A stretch of 64,000 nt of DNA from Chromatiales bacterium (GTDB lineage Bacteria; Pseudomonadota; Gammaproteobacteria; SZUA-152), in assembly GCA_027010265.1 (NCBI GenBank), contig JALVCE010000122.1:681-64680 (forward strand). Direction: 5' to 3'. Shown here piece by piece: positions 1 to 9,226 of the stretch. Numbering within the stretch: position 1 is the first letter of the stretch; each line of letters opens with the position of its first letter. The translations under genes and the position numbers were made by a program. A model generated the notes under the pieces. The model did no database searches. It saw only the letters and a list, made by a program, of their open reading frames with translations, and had not been told where the DNA came from.

Positions 1-42
1 TTTTAACAATTCGCACTGTTATCATTTCCTCGACTACCGTGG

Positions 43-1368
43 ATGCTGGCTCAACGCCGGCAGAACGAGACACATTCCCTGGGGAAGGCAGTGCTGAACA
101 TTCACAAACACCGGCTGACACGACGCATCGTTGCCTGGGCCTTGTACGACTGGGCCAATTCCGCCTTCGCCACCACGGTGCTGGCGGGATTCTTCCCCAT
201 CTTTTTCAAACAGTACTGGAGCGCGGGTATCTCCAGTACGCAAAGCACTTTCCAACTGGGACTGGGCAATGCCCTGGCCAGCCTGTGCATCGTGGTCGCC
301 GCGCCCTTGCTGGGGGCCATTGCCGACCGCGGTGGGCTGCGCCGGCGTTTTCTGTTTTTGTTCGCCGCCACCGGCATGCTGGCCACCGCGGCGCTATACG
401 GCGTGGGGCAGGGACAGTGGCAACTGGCCCTGGCCTTGTTCGTCGCCGCCACCATCGGCTTCATGGGCGCCAATGTGTTTTACGATGCGTTATTGATGGC
501 GGTGGCGGATGAGCAGCAATGGGATTTCGTCTCTGCCCTGGGTTATGCCCTGGGCTATCTGGGGGGAGGCCTGTTGTTTGCCATCAACGTGGCCATGAGC
601 CTGTCGCCGGAGAGTTTCGGCCTGGCGGATGCGGGGGAGGCGGTGCGCCTGTCGTTCGTCACGGTGGCCCTGTGGTGGGCCTTGTTTTCCCTGCCGTTGT
701 TTTTCTGGGTCAAGGAGGTGCCTCCAAAGCAGGCTATTTCCGGTTGGGCCCTGGCGCGGGCCGGCTATCGGCAGGTGCTGGAGACCCTGCGCCATGTGCG
801 CCAGTTGCGCGTGGTGGTGATCTTCCTGCTGGCCTACTGGTTTTACATCGACGGCGTGGACACCGTGGTGCGCATGGCGGTGGACTATGGCCTGTCCATC
901 GGCCTGCAACAGCAGCACCTGATCACCGCCCTGCTGATCACCCAGTTCGTGGGGCTGCCGGCGACCCTGGCCTTCGGCTGGCTGGCGGGCAGGCTGGGCA
1001 CGGAGGGGCTGGGTGCCCAGCGGGGTATCTTTTTGGCGTTAGGCGTGTACCTGCTGGCGGTGATCGGTGCCTTTTTCATGGATTCCAGCGCGGAGTTTTA
1101 CGCCCTGGCGGTGGTCATCGGCCTGGTGCAGGGCGGGGTGCAGGCGCTGAGTCGTTCGCTGTACGCGCGGCTCATCCCCGGCGACAAGTCCGCCGAGTTC
1201 TTTGGTTTCTACAACATGTTAGGCAAGTTTGCCGCGGTGCTGGGGCCCTTGCTGATCGGTGTGGTGAGCCTAGCCTCGGGCAGTCATCGCTGGGGCATGT
1301 TGTCGGTGATCGTGTTGTTCGTGATCGGTGGCCTGTTGCTGACCCGGGTGGATGTGCGGCGTTGTTAA
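43..1368 (+). CDS. MFS transporter (UMF1/Atg22-like family)
   Basis: 441-aa ORF with about 12 hydrophobic spans and the N-terminal AWALYDWANSAF motif typical of UMF1-type MFS permeases. Third codon positions are G/C-rich in this frame. Confidence 0.8.
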   Translation: MLAQRRQNETHSLGKAVLNIHKHRLTRRIVAWALYDWANSAFATTVLAGFFPIFFKQYWSAGISSTQSTFQLGLGNALASLCIVVAAPLLGAIADRGGLRRRFLFLFAATGMLATAALYGVGQGQWQLALALFVAATIGFMGANVFYDALLMAVADEQQWDFVSALGYALGYLGGGLLFAINVAMSLSPESFGLADAGEAVRLSFVTVALWWALFSLPLFFWVKEVPPKQAISGWALARAGYRQVLETLRHVRQLRVVVIFLLAYWFYIDGVDTVVRMAVDYGLSIGLQQQHLITALLITQFVGLPATLAFGWLAGRLGTEGLGAQRGIFLALGVYLLAVIGAFFMDSSAEFYALAVVIGLVQGGVQALSRSLYARLIPGDKSAEFFGFYNMLGKFAAVLGPLLIGVVSLASGSHRWGMLSVIVLFVIGGLLLTRVDVRRC

Positions 1369-1418
1369 CAGGGTAATCGAAATGGTCGGGTGTCACTGGC
1401 CCGTTGTTAGTTAGCACC

Positions 1419-1613
1419 GTCATTCCGGCGGATGCCGGAATCCAGACTGCTCGTATCTGAAAGTTACGCGGAAATCACTTTCTGGATCCCGGCCTGCGCC
1501 GGGATGACGGAAGAAAAGATTCGCTAGGCACAAGCGTGGGGTGAGGCAAAAAGACGAGTTTTATGGCCCCGCACGGGGGCTTGATTCAAACTACCGGCAT
1601 CCGCCGGAATGAC
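1419..1613. repeat. REP-like palindromic units (GTCATTCCGGCGnATGCCGGAATCCAG family)
   Basis: Units at 1419-1445, 1482-1508 (inverted) and 1594-1613 (inverted). The same unit pair recurs at 40188-40257. Confidence 0.7.
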
Positions 1614-1621
1614 GGAAGATT

Positions 1622-2320
1622 CTACTGGCAGGCTTGTGTACTGGGCGCATCATCCTGCGGCTTTTCGATCACCAGCAGCAAAAACGGCCACAGCGGGACG
1701 CCGAAGCGTTTTTCCAGTTGCACCCGGCCGCCGGCGGCCTCCAGCGCTGGGCGCACCTCCACGGCGCGGCAGCCCATGGACAGCCAGGGCAGGCGCCAGG
1801 CGATGGTCTCCACCTTGTGGGCCAGCCAGCGCACGAACGGGTTTTTGGGTTCGGTGGAATGGGCGATGCCGATCATGCCGCCGGGCCGGGTGACGCGATA
1901 GAGTTCCCGGGCCGAGGCTTCGGGGTCGGCCACGGGGCACAGGCTGTAGGTGGAGAGCACCACGTCGAAGTGATTGTCGGCGAAGGGCAGCTTCCCCATG
2001 TCGCCGCTTTGGGTGTGGATGCGTTCCTGCAGGCCGGCCGCTTCGATTTTTTCCCGGGCCACCGCCAGCATGTCCTCGCTGAGATCAAACAGGGTGACGT
2101 GGCCGTCGGGCCCGACCCGCTGTGCCGCCAGGATGCCGGTGCTGCCAGTGCCGGCGCCGCAGTCCAGCACCCGGTCACCGGGATCCACCAGCAATTCCAC
2201 CAGCCGGCGCCGGCCGCGCTGATCCGCCCGCGCGGTGAGCAGGCCGTGTTGCAGGTCATAGCGCCGGGCAAGCCGGGCGTAGAGCCGTTTGAGGGTGCCG
2301 GTGTCCAGTGCCGTGCGCAT
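1622..2320 (-). CDS. class I SAM-dependent methyltransferase (UbiE/COQ5-like)
   Basis: VLDCGAGTGS motif I plus downstream methyltransferase motifs. Start trimmed to the internal ATG (MRTALD...) at 2320; the ORF stays open to 2386. Confidence 0.75.
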   Translation of the reverse strand: MRTALDTGTLKRLYARLARRYDLQHGLLTARADQRGRRRLVELLVDPGDRVLDCGAGTGSTGILAAQRVGPDGHVTLFDLSEDMLAVAREKIEAAGLQERIHTQSGDMGKLPFADNHFDVVLSTYSLCPVADPEASARELYRVTRPGGMIGIAHSTEPKNPFVRWLAHKVETIAWRLPWLSMGCRAVEVRPALEAAGGRVQLEKRFGVPLWPFLLLVIEKPQDDAPSTQACQ

Positions 2321-2521
2321 GGTGGGCGTTCCTTGTTTGATAACTGGTGTGCAGCATAGTGTGTGTGTCCAGGGTTCTGCTATCAAGATAGTGTGTCATC
2401 GGGCCGATCTACTTTGTGCATTGCCGGCAATTTTTTTGATCCGGGTTCTGCTATGCTTCCCCAGCGCTAACACCTTGATAAAAAGAAACTATTTCGTGCC
2501 ACACTCCGGGAAAACACTGTT

Positions 2522-4894
2522 TTGATGCGCCTGCTCACCAACCACCGCCTGTGGCTGATGTTGCTGGGCCTGGCCCTGCTGGGCTGGAGCTTTTTGCCGG
2601 GGGCGCAACGCCTGGAATTCGCCCTTTATGACCGATTGGCGATGCTGCTGCCAGTCTCCGGGGCGCCCGCCAAAACGGCACTGCTGACCCTGGAGACGGG
2701 TGGGGCTTCTTACTGGCAATTGGCGCAGTTGCTCGAACAACTGGACGAAGCCGGAGTCTCGGCCATCGGTCTGGCTGTGCCCCTGGATCATACATTGACC
2801 AGCCTGGATGCCGATGCCCGGGCGCGACTGGTCCAGGCGCTCAAGGCCGATCCTGAATTGCAGGCACAGCTTGACCCGGACCAGGCCCTGCGCTCGGCGC
2901 TGTCCGCTACGCACAAGCTGGTGCTGGCGGCTAGCTCGTCCACTCCTGGCCTGCCTGTGTTGGCCACGGAACCGGCAGACCCCGTCCTGGACATGCTGTT
3001 ACCGGCGCTGTCTCTCAAACTGCCACTGACACCGGCGCTGGCCACCCCGCTGAATGTATTCAGCCAACAGGCTACTTCGGCGATTCTGTTGCAGTCCTAT
3101 GGGCCCGCTGTGCCTTTGGCGGTAGCGGTGGACGGGCAATACCGCCCCGGCTTCGAGCTGGCCCTGGCGGCGCGCGCCCTGGGCGTGTCCCTGGACGCGG
3201 TGACGGTGCACTCCGGCACGGGCCTGGCGCTGGGCACGGCGTGGTACGCCACGGATGCCAATCTGCGGGTCTTGCCGCGGCCGCAGCAGGGTGGGGTGCC
3301 ATTGCAGGTGCTGAAAGTGCAGCGGGTATTGAATGATTCGAGAGTGAAGAGGCAGTTGCGCGGCAAGGCAGTGCTGGTGGGTTTGAGCGCCTCAGCGGCG
3401 CCAGGTAGCGGCAAGTATCAGTCACAATTACTGAGGTCGGCCCGGGCGGTGAACGCCATCATTACCGAGTCGCTGGTCAATGTCCCCTACTGGTCGTTAG
3501 GCGTCCAGCGTGGCGCGATTCTCTTGCTGACACTCTACTTGCTGTTATTGCCCCTGCGGTTGCGCGGCAACCTGGGTCTGGCCCTGGGTGTGGGTCTGGC
3601 CCTGTTATTGCTCAATGGCGAACTGCTGTTGCTGATCACCCGCAACACCTGGCTGCCGCTGGGCCTGCCGGTGCTGTTGCTGCTCGGCGGCCAGGGCCTG
3701 TTGTGGTTGCATCAGCGTGCGGCCCAACACCATGCCGGGCTGCGCGAGGAGCGCGATCAGGCCTTGCTGGCGCTGGCCGCCAATCTGCGCAGTCAGGGGC
3801 AACTGGATCAGGCTATGGCCCGGCTCAGTGAATGCGCCCCCAGTGAGCGGGTGCACGAGGCCCTGTATCAACTGGGGCTGGATTTCGAGCGCCGCCGCCA
3901 GTTCAACAAGGCGCTCATCGCCTATGACCACATCGCCACCAACGACGCCAGGTTCCGCGACATCGCCGCGCGCCGCGCGCGGCATCAGGCGGGGGCGTCA
4001 CCGGCCTCGCTGGCGGCCACCACCGTGTCCCATGCCGCCACCAAGCTGGTGGTGGACGATCCCAAGGTGGCGCGACCGGTGCTGGGTCGTTACGAGATCG
4101 AGCGCGAACTGGGGCGCGGCGCCATGGGCACGGTGTACCTGGGACATGATCCGCGCATCAGCCGCACTGTGGCCATCAAGACCATGGCCCTCACCGAGGA
4201 ATTCGAAAGCACCCAGCTGGACGAGGTGCGCCGGCGCTTTTTCCAGGAGGCGGAAACCGCCGGGCGCCTCAATCATCCCAATATCGTCACCATTTACGAC
4301 GTGGGCGAGGAGCACGACCTGGCCTACATTGCCATGGATTACATTACCGGCGACAGCCTCGACCAGCACATCCGCAAGGAAGATCTGCTGCCCGTGGAGC
4401 AGGTCTTCGCCATCGGCATCCAGGTGGCCGAGGCGCTGGGCTATGCCCATGAACAAAAGGTGGTGCACCGCGACGTGAAGCCCGGCAACATCATCTATGA
4501 CCACGACAAGGGACAGCTCAAGGTCACCGACTTCGGTATCGCCTGTCTAACGGACAATAGCAAGACCCGCACCGGCACCGTGCTGGGCAGCCCGTTTTAC
4601 ATGTCGCCGGAACAGATCGCCGGCAAGAAGGTGGATGGCCGCTCGGATTTGTTTTCCCTGGGCGTCACCCTGTATCAGTTGTTCACCGGCCAGCTGCCCT
4701 TTGCCGGGGACTCGCTCACCAATCTCATGTACCAGATCACTCACGAAAAGCCCAAGGGCATCCGCAAGCTGCGCCCGGAACTGCCCACCTGCCTGACCCG
4801 TCTCATCAACAAGGCGCTGGAAAAGGATCCCGCCAGGCGCTTCGACACGGGCCAGGCCATGGCGGACGCCCTCAGACGCTGCGCGGAAAAATAG
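2522..4894 (+). CDS. CHASE2-type sensor fused to Hanks-type Ser/Thr protein kinase
   Basis: N-terminal TM, a ~300-aa periplasmic region, then three TM spans (CHASE2-like layout) and a TPR-like linker. C-terminal kinase motifs: GRGAMGTVY, AIK, HRDVKPGNI, DFG, SPE. Confidence 0.85.
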   Translation: MMRLLTNHRLWLMLLGLALLGWSFLPGAQRLEFALYDRLAMLLPVSGAPAKTALLTLETGGASYWQLAQLLEQLDEAGVSAIGLAVPLDHTLTSLDADARARLVQALKADPELQAQLDPDQALRSALSATHKLVLAASSSTPGLPVLATEPADPVLDMLLPALSLKLPLTPALATPLNVFSQQATSAILLQSYGPAVPLAVAVDGQYRPGFELALAARALGVSLDAVTVHSGTGLALGTAWYATDANLRVLPRPQQGGVPLQVLKVQRVLNDSRVKRQLRGKAVLVGLSASAAPGSGKYQSQLLRSARAVNAIITESLVNVPYWSLGVQRGAILLLTLYLLLLPLRLRGNLGLALGVGLALLLLNGELLLLITRNTWLPLGLPVLLLLGGQGLLWLHQRAAQHHAGLREERDQALLALAANLRSQGQLDQAMARLSECAPSERVHEALYQLGLDFERRRQFNKALIAYDHIATNDARFRDIAARRARHQAGASPASLAATTVSHAATKLVVDDPKVARPVLGRYEIERELGRGAMGTVYLGHDPRISRTVAIKTMALTEEFESTQLDEVRRRFFQEAETAGRLNHPNIVTIYDVGEEHDLAYIAMDYITGDSLDQHIRKEDLLPVEQVFAIGIQVAEALGYAHEQKVVHRDVKPGNIIYDHDKGQLKVTDFGIACLTDNSKTRTGTVLGSPFYMSPEQIAGKKVDGRSDLFSLGVTLYQLFTGQLPFAGDSLTNLMYQITHEKPKGIRKLRPELPTCLTRLINKALEKDPARRFDTGQAMADALRRCAEK

Positions 4895-4906
4895 GACACA
4901 GAGCCC

Positions 4907-5686
4907 ATGAACACAACGATCGCCTATACGGTGGCAATGGCAGGGATCACCGACACCGGCCGCGCCCGCGAGCACAACGAGGACGCCATCGCCTGGGACG
5001 AGAGCCGCGGCCTGGCCCTGCTGGCGGACGGCATGGGTGGACACAATGCCGGCGACGTGGCCAGCCGCCTGTGTATCGACACACTCAATGAGATACTGCT
5101 GCCCACACTGGACAAGCCGCTGCGCCTGCGCCCCAACAAGCACATGAGCAGGCATGCCACCCTGGCGCGCCGTGCGGTGAACAAGGCCAACACGGCCATT
5201 TATGAAAACGCCGAGGCCAATCCCGCGCGCAAGGGCATGGGCACCACCCTGGCCATGGTGCTGTTTTATGACGACAAGGCCGTGGTGGCCCATGTGGGGG
5301 ATTCGCGGGTGTATCGCCTGCGCGGGCGCGAGCTCGAACAGATCACCGCCGATCATTCCCTGGTGCGCGAACTGCTGGAAAAGGGCGTGATCAGCGCCGA
5401 GGAGGCGGAGGACAATCCCTACAGCCACGTCATCACCAAGGCGGTGGGCGTGCGCCCGCGGGTGGTGGCCGAGGTGCAGGAGTTCGCGACCCAACCCGGC
5501 GACGTGTTTCTGCTGTGTTCCGACGGCCTCACCGACCTGGTGGATGAGCGCGATATCGCCGAAGCTCTCGGCGCCTTCGCCGGCCACTGGCAGCGTGCCG
5601 CCCAGCATCTCGTCGATCTCGCCAACAACCACGGAGGGCGCGACAACATCTCCGTGGTGATCGCCGCGCTGGGCGGCCCGCGTTGA
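4907..5686 (+). CDS. PP2C-family Ser/Thr protein phosphatase
   Basis: Motifs ADGMGGH, GTT, LLCSDGL and GGRDNISVV. Starts 13 nt after the kinase stop. Confidence 0.9.
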   Translation: MNTTIAYTVAMAGITDTGRAREHNEDAIAWDESRGLALLADGMGGHNAGDVASRLCIDTLNEILLPTLDKPLRLRPNKHMSRHATLARRAVNKANTAIYENAEANPARKGMGTTLAMVLFYDDKAVVAHVGDSRVYRLRGRELEQITADHSLVRELLEKGVISAEEAEDNPYSHVITKAVGVRPRVVAEVQEFATQPGDVFLLCSDGLTDLVDERDIAEALGAFAGHWQRAAQHLVDLANNHGGRDNISVVIAALGGPR

Positions 5687-5733
5687 TTCAGGTTGAAAAT
5701 TCACGCCATAATGCCCCCGTTTTTTGCTAATCC

Positions 5734-6099
5734 ATGAGGCTTACATTCATGCCAAAACTCGTTCATTCCCGCGAAGGTAAATTTCTCGAAGACATCCCCC
5801 TGCAGGAGGGCAGCCTGCTCATCGGCCGCCGGCCCGACTGTGACGTGCGCCTGGATGACGAAACCGTGAGCGGCAGACATGCCATAGTCACCGTGGCGCC
5901 CAGCGCCTACATGGAAGGCCTGCTGGACGTGCACATCGAGGATCAGAACAGCACCAATGGCACCACCGTGGATGGCAAAGAGATCAAGCGTCACATGCTC
6001 AAGCACGGCGAGGTGGTGAAGATCGGCAGCCATGAATTCGCCATGGTGGACGAGGCCACGCGGGGTTTCGAGACCACCACGGTGATTTTGCCGGAGTAA
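5734..6099 (+). CDS. FHA domain protein
   Basis: 121 aa with an FHA signature: GRRPDCDVRLDD..VSGRHA ... NSTNGTTVDG. Confidence 0.85.
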   Translation: MRLTFMPKLVHSREGKFLEDIPLQEGSLLIGRRPDCDVRLDDETVSGRHAIVTVAPSAYMEGLLDVHIEDQNSTNGTTVDGKEIKRHMLKHGEVVKIGSHEFAMVDEATRGFETTTVILPE

Positions 6100-6248
6100 A
6101 GCAGTATCGAGGGGCGAGTTTCTAGTTACTAGGAAAAAATTCTTATCGCTTTTCCTCGATACTCGCCCCTAGTCACTCGATACTCTCCATCAATGTCAGT
6201 ATTTCAACAGGTACAACCGACCTGTACTAGTTTTTTAATGAACCACAC

Positions 6249-6716
6249 ATGCCCGTAGAAATAGAACGCAAATTCCTGTTAGCCAATGACGATTGGCGCG
6301 CCTCGGCCGATGCCGGTGTGGCCATCCGCCAGGGCTATCTGGCGGGTTCCGAGAAATCCTCGGTGCGGGTGCGCATCGCCGGCGAGCAGGCCAACCTCAA
6401 CATCAAGAGCGCCACCCTGGGCGTGACCCGCCAGGAATACGAATATCCCATCCCCCTGGCCGATGCCCATGCCATGCTCGATGGCCTGGCCGATGGCCCG
6501 CTCATCGAGAAAACCCGGTACCATGTGCAGCATGAAGGCCATACCTGGGAAATCGATGTCTTTGCCGGCGACAATCAGGACCTGGTGGTGGCCGAGATCG
6601 AACTGGCCAGGGAGGACGAGCCCTTTGCGCGGCCGCCGTGGCTGGGGGAAGAGGTCTCGGGGGATCCCCGTTATTACAATGTCTGCCTGGTCAAACACCC
6701 CTACAAGGACTGGTAG
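6249..6716 (+). CDS. CYTH domain protein (CyaB/ThTPase-like triphosphate tunnel enzyme)
   Basis: 155 aa with the N-terminal EIERKFLL (ExExK) signature and acidic strands typical of CYTH proteins. Confidence 0.85.
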   Translation: MPVEIERKFLLANDDWRASADAGVAIRQGYLAGSEKSSVRVRIAGEQANLNIKSATLGVTRQEYEYPIPLADAHAMLDGLADGPLIEKTRYHVQHEGHTWEIDVFAGDNQDLVVAEIELAREDEPFARPPWLGEEVSGDPRYYNVCLVKHPYKDW

Positions 6717-8229
6717 CCCCCTGGTTTTTTTTCGTCTGTCATTCTTTTTGTTGGCCATCCTGTTGCTCGGCGCCTGTGCGCCGGCGCCGGACGCCACCCT
6801 GCGCATGGGCCTGGCCAGCGCGCCGGTGACACTGGACCCGCGCTTCGCCACCGATGCCACCTCCAGTCGCATCAATCGCCTGCTCTACGCCCGACTGGTG
6901 GAATTCGACGAGCAGCAACGGCCGGCGCCGGGGCTGGCCCGCTGGGAGCGGCTTGGTCCGAGCCACTATCGCTTCGTGCTGCAGGCCAGTGATGCGGACA
7001 GAACCTTCAGCGACGGCAGCCGGCTCAGCGCCCGGGATGTGAAGGCCACCTACGACAGCGTGCTGGATCCCGCCACCGCCTCCCCCCATCGCGCCAGCCT
7101 GTCCATGATCCGGCGCATCGCGGTGATCGACGACGACACCGTGGACTTCTTTCTCAGCAAACCGGACCGGCTGTTTCCCGGCTACCTGGTGATCGGCATC
7201 CTGCCCGCGGCAAAGCTCGCCGCACAACACCCCTTCAATCGCCAGCCCGTGGGCAGCGGTCCGTTTCGCCTGCTGGCCTGGCCGGAGGAGGGGCGTCTGC
7301 AACTGCTGCGCCGGCGCGATGGGCAGGCCATCAGTTTTGTGCGCGTCAGCGATGCCACCGTACGGGTGCTCAAACTGCTGCGCGGCGAGCTGGACATGTT
7401 GCAGAACGACCTGCCGCCGGAACTCATCGTTTTCCTGCAGGACCGGCCGGGCATCCGGGTGAGCCGCGCCCGCGGCTCCAACTTCACCTACCTGGGCTTC
7501 AACCTGCAGGACGAGATCGTGGGCCAGCGGGACGTGCGCCGCGCCATCGCCCTGGCCATCGACCGCGAGAAGATCATTCGTTATGTCATGGGCAAGGCCG
7601 CGCGCCCGGCCAGCGCCCTGTTGCCGCCGGAGCACTGGGCGGGCAATCCCGGCCTGCCGCTGATCGATTACGACCCCGAGGCGGCGCGGGCCCTGCTGGC
7701 CAAACACGGTTACACGCCACAACACCCGCTGAAGATCAGCTACAAGACCTCCACCAATGCCTTTCGCCTGCGCCTGGCCACGGTGTTGCAGAGCCAGCTC
7801 AAGGAGGTGGGCATCGACATCGACCTGCGCAGCTACGACTGGGGCACCTTTTACGGTGACATCAAGGCCGGCAATTTCCAGATGTTCAGCCTCTCCTGGG
7901 TGGGCATCAAGACGCCGGATATTTTTCGTTATGTCTTTCACAGTGAATCCGTGCCGCCCAACGGCGCCAATCGCGGGCGTTTTCGGGATAGCCAAGTGGA
8001 TCGCCTGATCGAGGCAGCGGAGCGGGCGGAGAGCCTGGCGGCGCAGGCCGCCGCCTATCGGCAGTTACAGGCCCGCCTGCTGGAGACCCTGCCCTATGTA
8101 CCCCTGTGGTACGAGGATCACGTGTTTGTGGCCCACAAGGGGATCAGCGGTTATAAACTGGGGCTGGATGGAAACTACGACGGCCTGCGCACGGTGCATG
8201 TGCTGAGCAACAAGCCAAACAAACCATAG
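6679..8229 (+). CDS. ABC-type solute-binding protein, family 5 (peptide/nickel type), lipoprotein
   Basis: Lipobox-like LLLGACAP followed by a family-5 SBP-like body. No permease or ATPase gene is nearby. Start is uncertain: ATG 6679 was chosen, but the ORF is open from 6463 and overlaps the CYTH gene. Confidence 0.75.
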   Translation: MSAWSNTPTRTGSPLVFFRLSFFLLAILLLGACAPAPDATLRMGLASAPVTLDPRFATDATSSRINRLLYARLVEFDEQQRPAPGLARWERLGPSHYRFVLQASDADRTFSDGSRLSARDVKATYDSVLDPATASPHRASLSMIRRIAVIDDDTVDFFLSKPDRLFPGYLVIGILPAAKLAAQHPFNRQPVGSGPFRLLAWPEEGRLQLLRRRDGQAISFVRVSDATVRVLKLLRGELDMLQNDLPPELIVFLQDRPGIRVSRARGSNFTYLGFNLQDEIVGQRDVRRAIALAIDREKIIRYVMGKAARPASALLPPEHWAGNPGLPLIDYDPEAARALLAKHGYTPQHPLKISYKTSTNAFRLRLATVLQSQLKEVGIDIDLRSYDWGTFYGDIKAGNFQMFSLSWVGIKTPDIFRYVFHSESVPPNGANRGRFRDSQVDRLIEAAERAESLAAQAAAYRQLQARLLETLPYVPLWYEDHVFVAHKGISGYKLGLDGNYDGLRTVHVLSNKPNKP

Positions 8230-8240
8230 GGTGCGTGTAT

Positions 8241-8335
8241 TTATTCATCGCCTCAAAATATTTACTCCAGAATGAGAATTCTCATGTGGGAGCGCCTTTC
8301 CAGGCACAATTCGCGCCTGGAAAGGCGCTCCTAGG
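8241..8335 (+). mobile_element. MITE-like element, truncated copy A (left end plus hairpin only)
   Basis: Left end TTATTCATCGCCTCAAAATA and hairpin 8287-8331 match copies B-F. The right half is missing or replaced. Confidence 0.6.
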
Positions 8336-8458
8336 GTATCTGATGTCGCATTTAGTACCCTAGGGTGGCCACGTATTTTGCGCCCATGGATTGCGCCCAT
8401 GGATAATATTTGCGCATCGTCTGGGCGGAGGATCCGTGCCCCTTCACCCTGCGGCGGT

Positions 8459-9124
8459 TTATTGTTGTACCCTGAACACCACCACCCGAATGCGCCGGTT
8501 GGCAGCGCGGCCCTCTCTCGAGTCATTGTCGGCGGCGGGCCGGTACTGGGCGAAGCCCGCGGCGGACAGCCGCTGCGGGTCGATTTGCAGCCCGTAAATC
8601 ATGTATCGCACCACGGAGGTGGCGCGGGCGGTGGACAATTCCCAGTTAGAGGCGAACCTGGTCTTGAGGTTCTTGCCCACGGGGAGGTCATCCGTGTGTC
8701 CCTCCACGCGGATGTAGTAATCGGGATAATTGGCCAGGGCCTCGCTCATTTGACGAATGGTCTCGGCGCCATCCCGGGTCAGGTCGGCAAGCCCGGAACC
8801 GAACAGGGCCTCCTCGCCGATGCTGATCACGGTGAGATCCTCGATCTTTTCCACCAGCGCCTGGTTTTCGCTGATCTGTTCCTGGAGTTTTTCATTGAGC
8901 TCCGTGCGCAGCTGTTCCAGCTCCTCGCGCAGGCGGGCCTGTTCCTGTTCCGATTGTTGTTGCGTGGCCTGGAGCTTGTCGCTGTAGTCTTTCTTGACCT
9001 GCTCCAGTTCGCTCACCTTGCTTTTCAGGGCGGCATTTTCGGTTTTCAGTTTTTCCATGCCGGAGCAACCAACCAGAAAGATAAAGAATAAAGGCGGGAT
9101 GAGATATTTCAGTCTGCGCATCAT
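8459..9124 (-). CDS. OmpA/MotB-domain lipoprotein with coiled-coil linker
   Basis: Lipobox LVGCSG, a Q/E/L-rich coiled coil, and a C-terminal OmpA_C-like region (NWELSTARATSV, RRIRVVV). Confidence 0.8.
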   Translation of the reverse strand: MMRRLKYLIPPLFFIFLVGCSGMEKLKTENAALKSKVSELEQVKKDYSDKLQATQQQSEQEQARLREELEQLRTELNEKLQEQISENQALVEKIEDLTVISIGEEALFGSGLADLTRDGAETIRQMSEALANYPDYYIRVEGHTDDLPVGKNLKTRFASNWELSTARATSVVRYMIYGLQIDPQRLSAAGFAQYRPAADNDSREGRAANRRIRVVVFRVQQ

Positions 9125-9226
9125 GATTGTCCTTGGTTATTATGCTGACAGTTATGCTGACAATATAGTACAAAGGCCGGGTTAAACAAACCGGCCTGGA
9201 TTGCGTGGCCGGGGGAAAATGATACA

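Noticed and set aside
4547-5704. 385-aa minus-strand ORF.
   Set aside because: It is antisense to the kinase 3' end and the PP2C gene. It is a GC3-driven shadow ORF with low-complexity composition.
6739-7995. 418-aa minus-strand ORF.
   Set aside because: It is antisense to the family-5 solute-binding protein gene and has no motifs.
8378-9091. 237-aa plus-strand ORF.
   Set aside because: It is antisense to the OmpA-domain lipoprotein gene, which has a lipobox and OmpA_C motifs.
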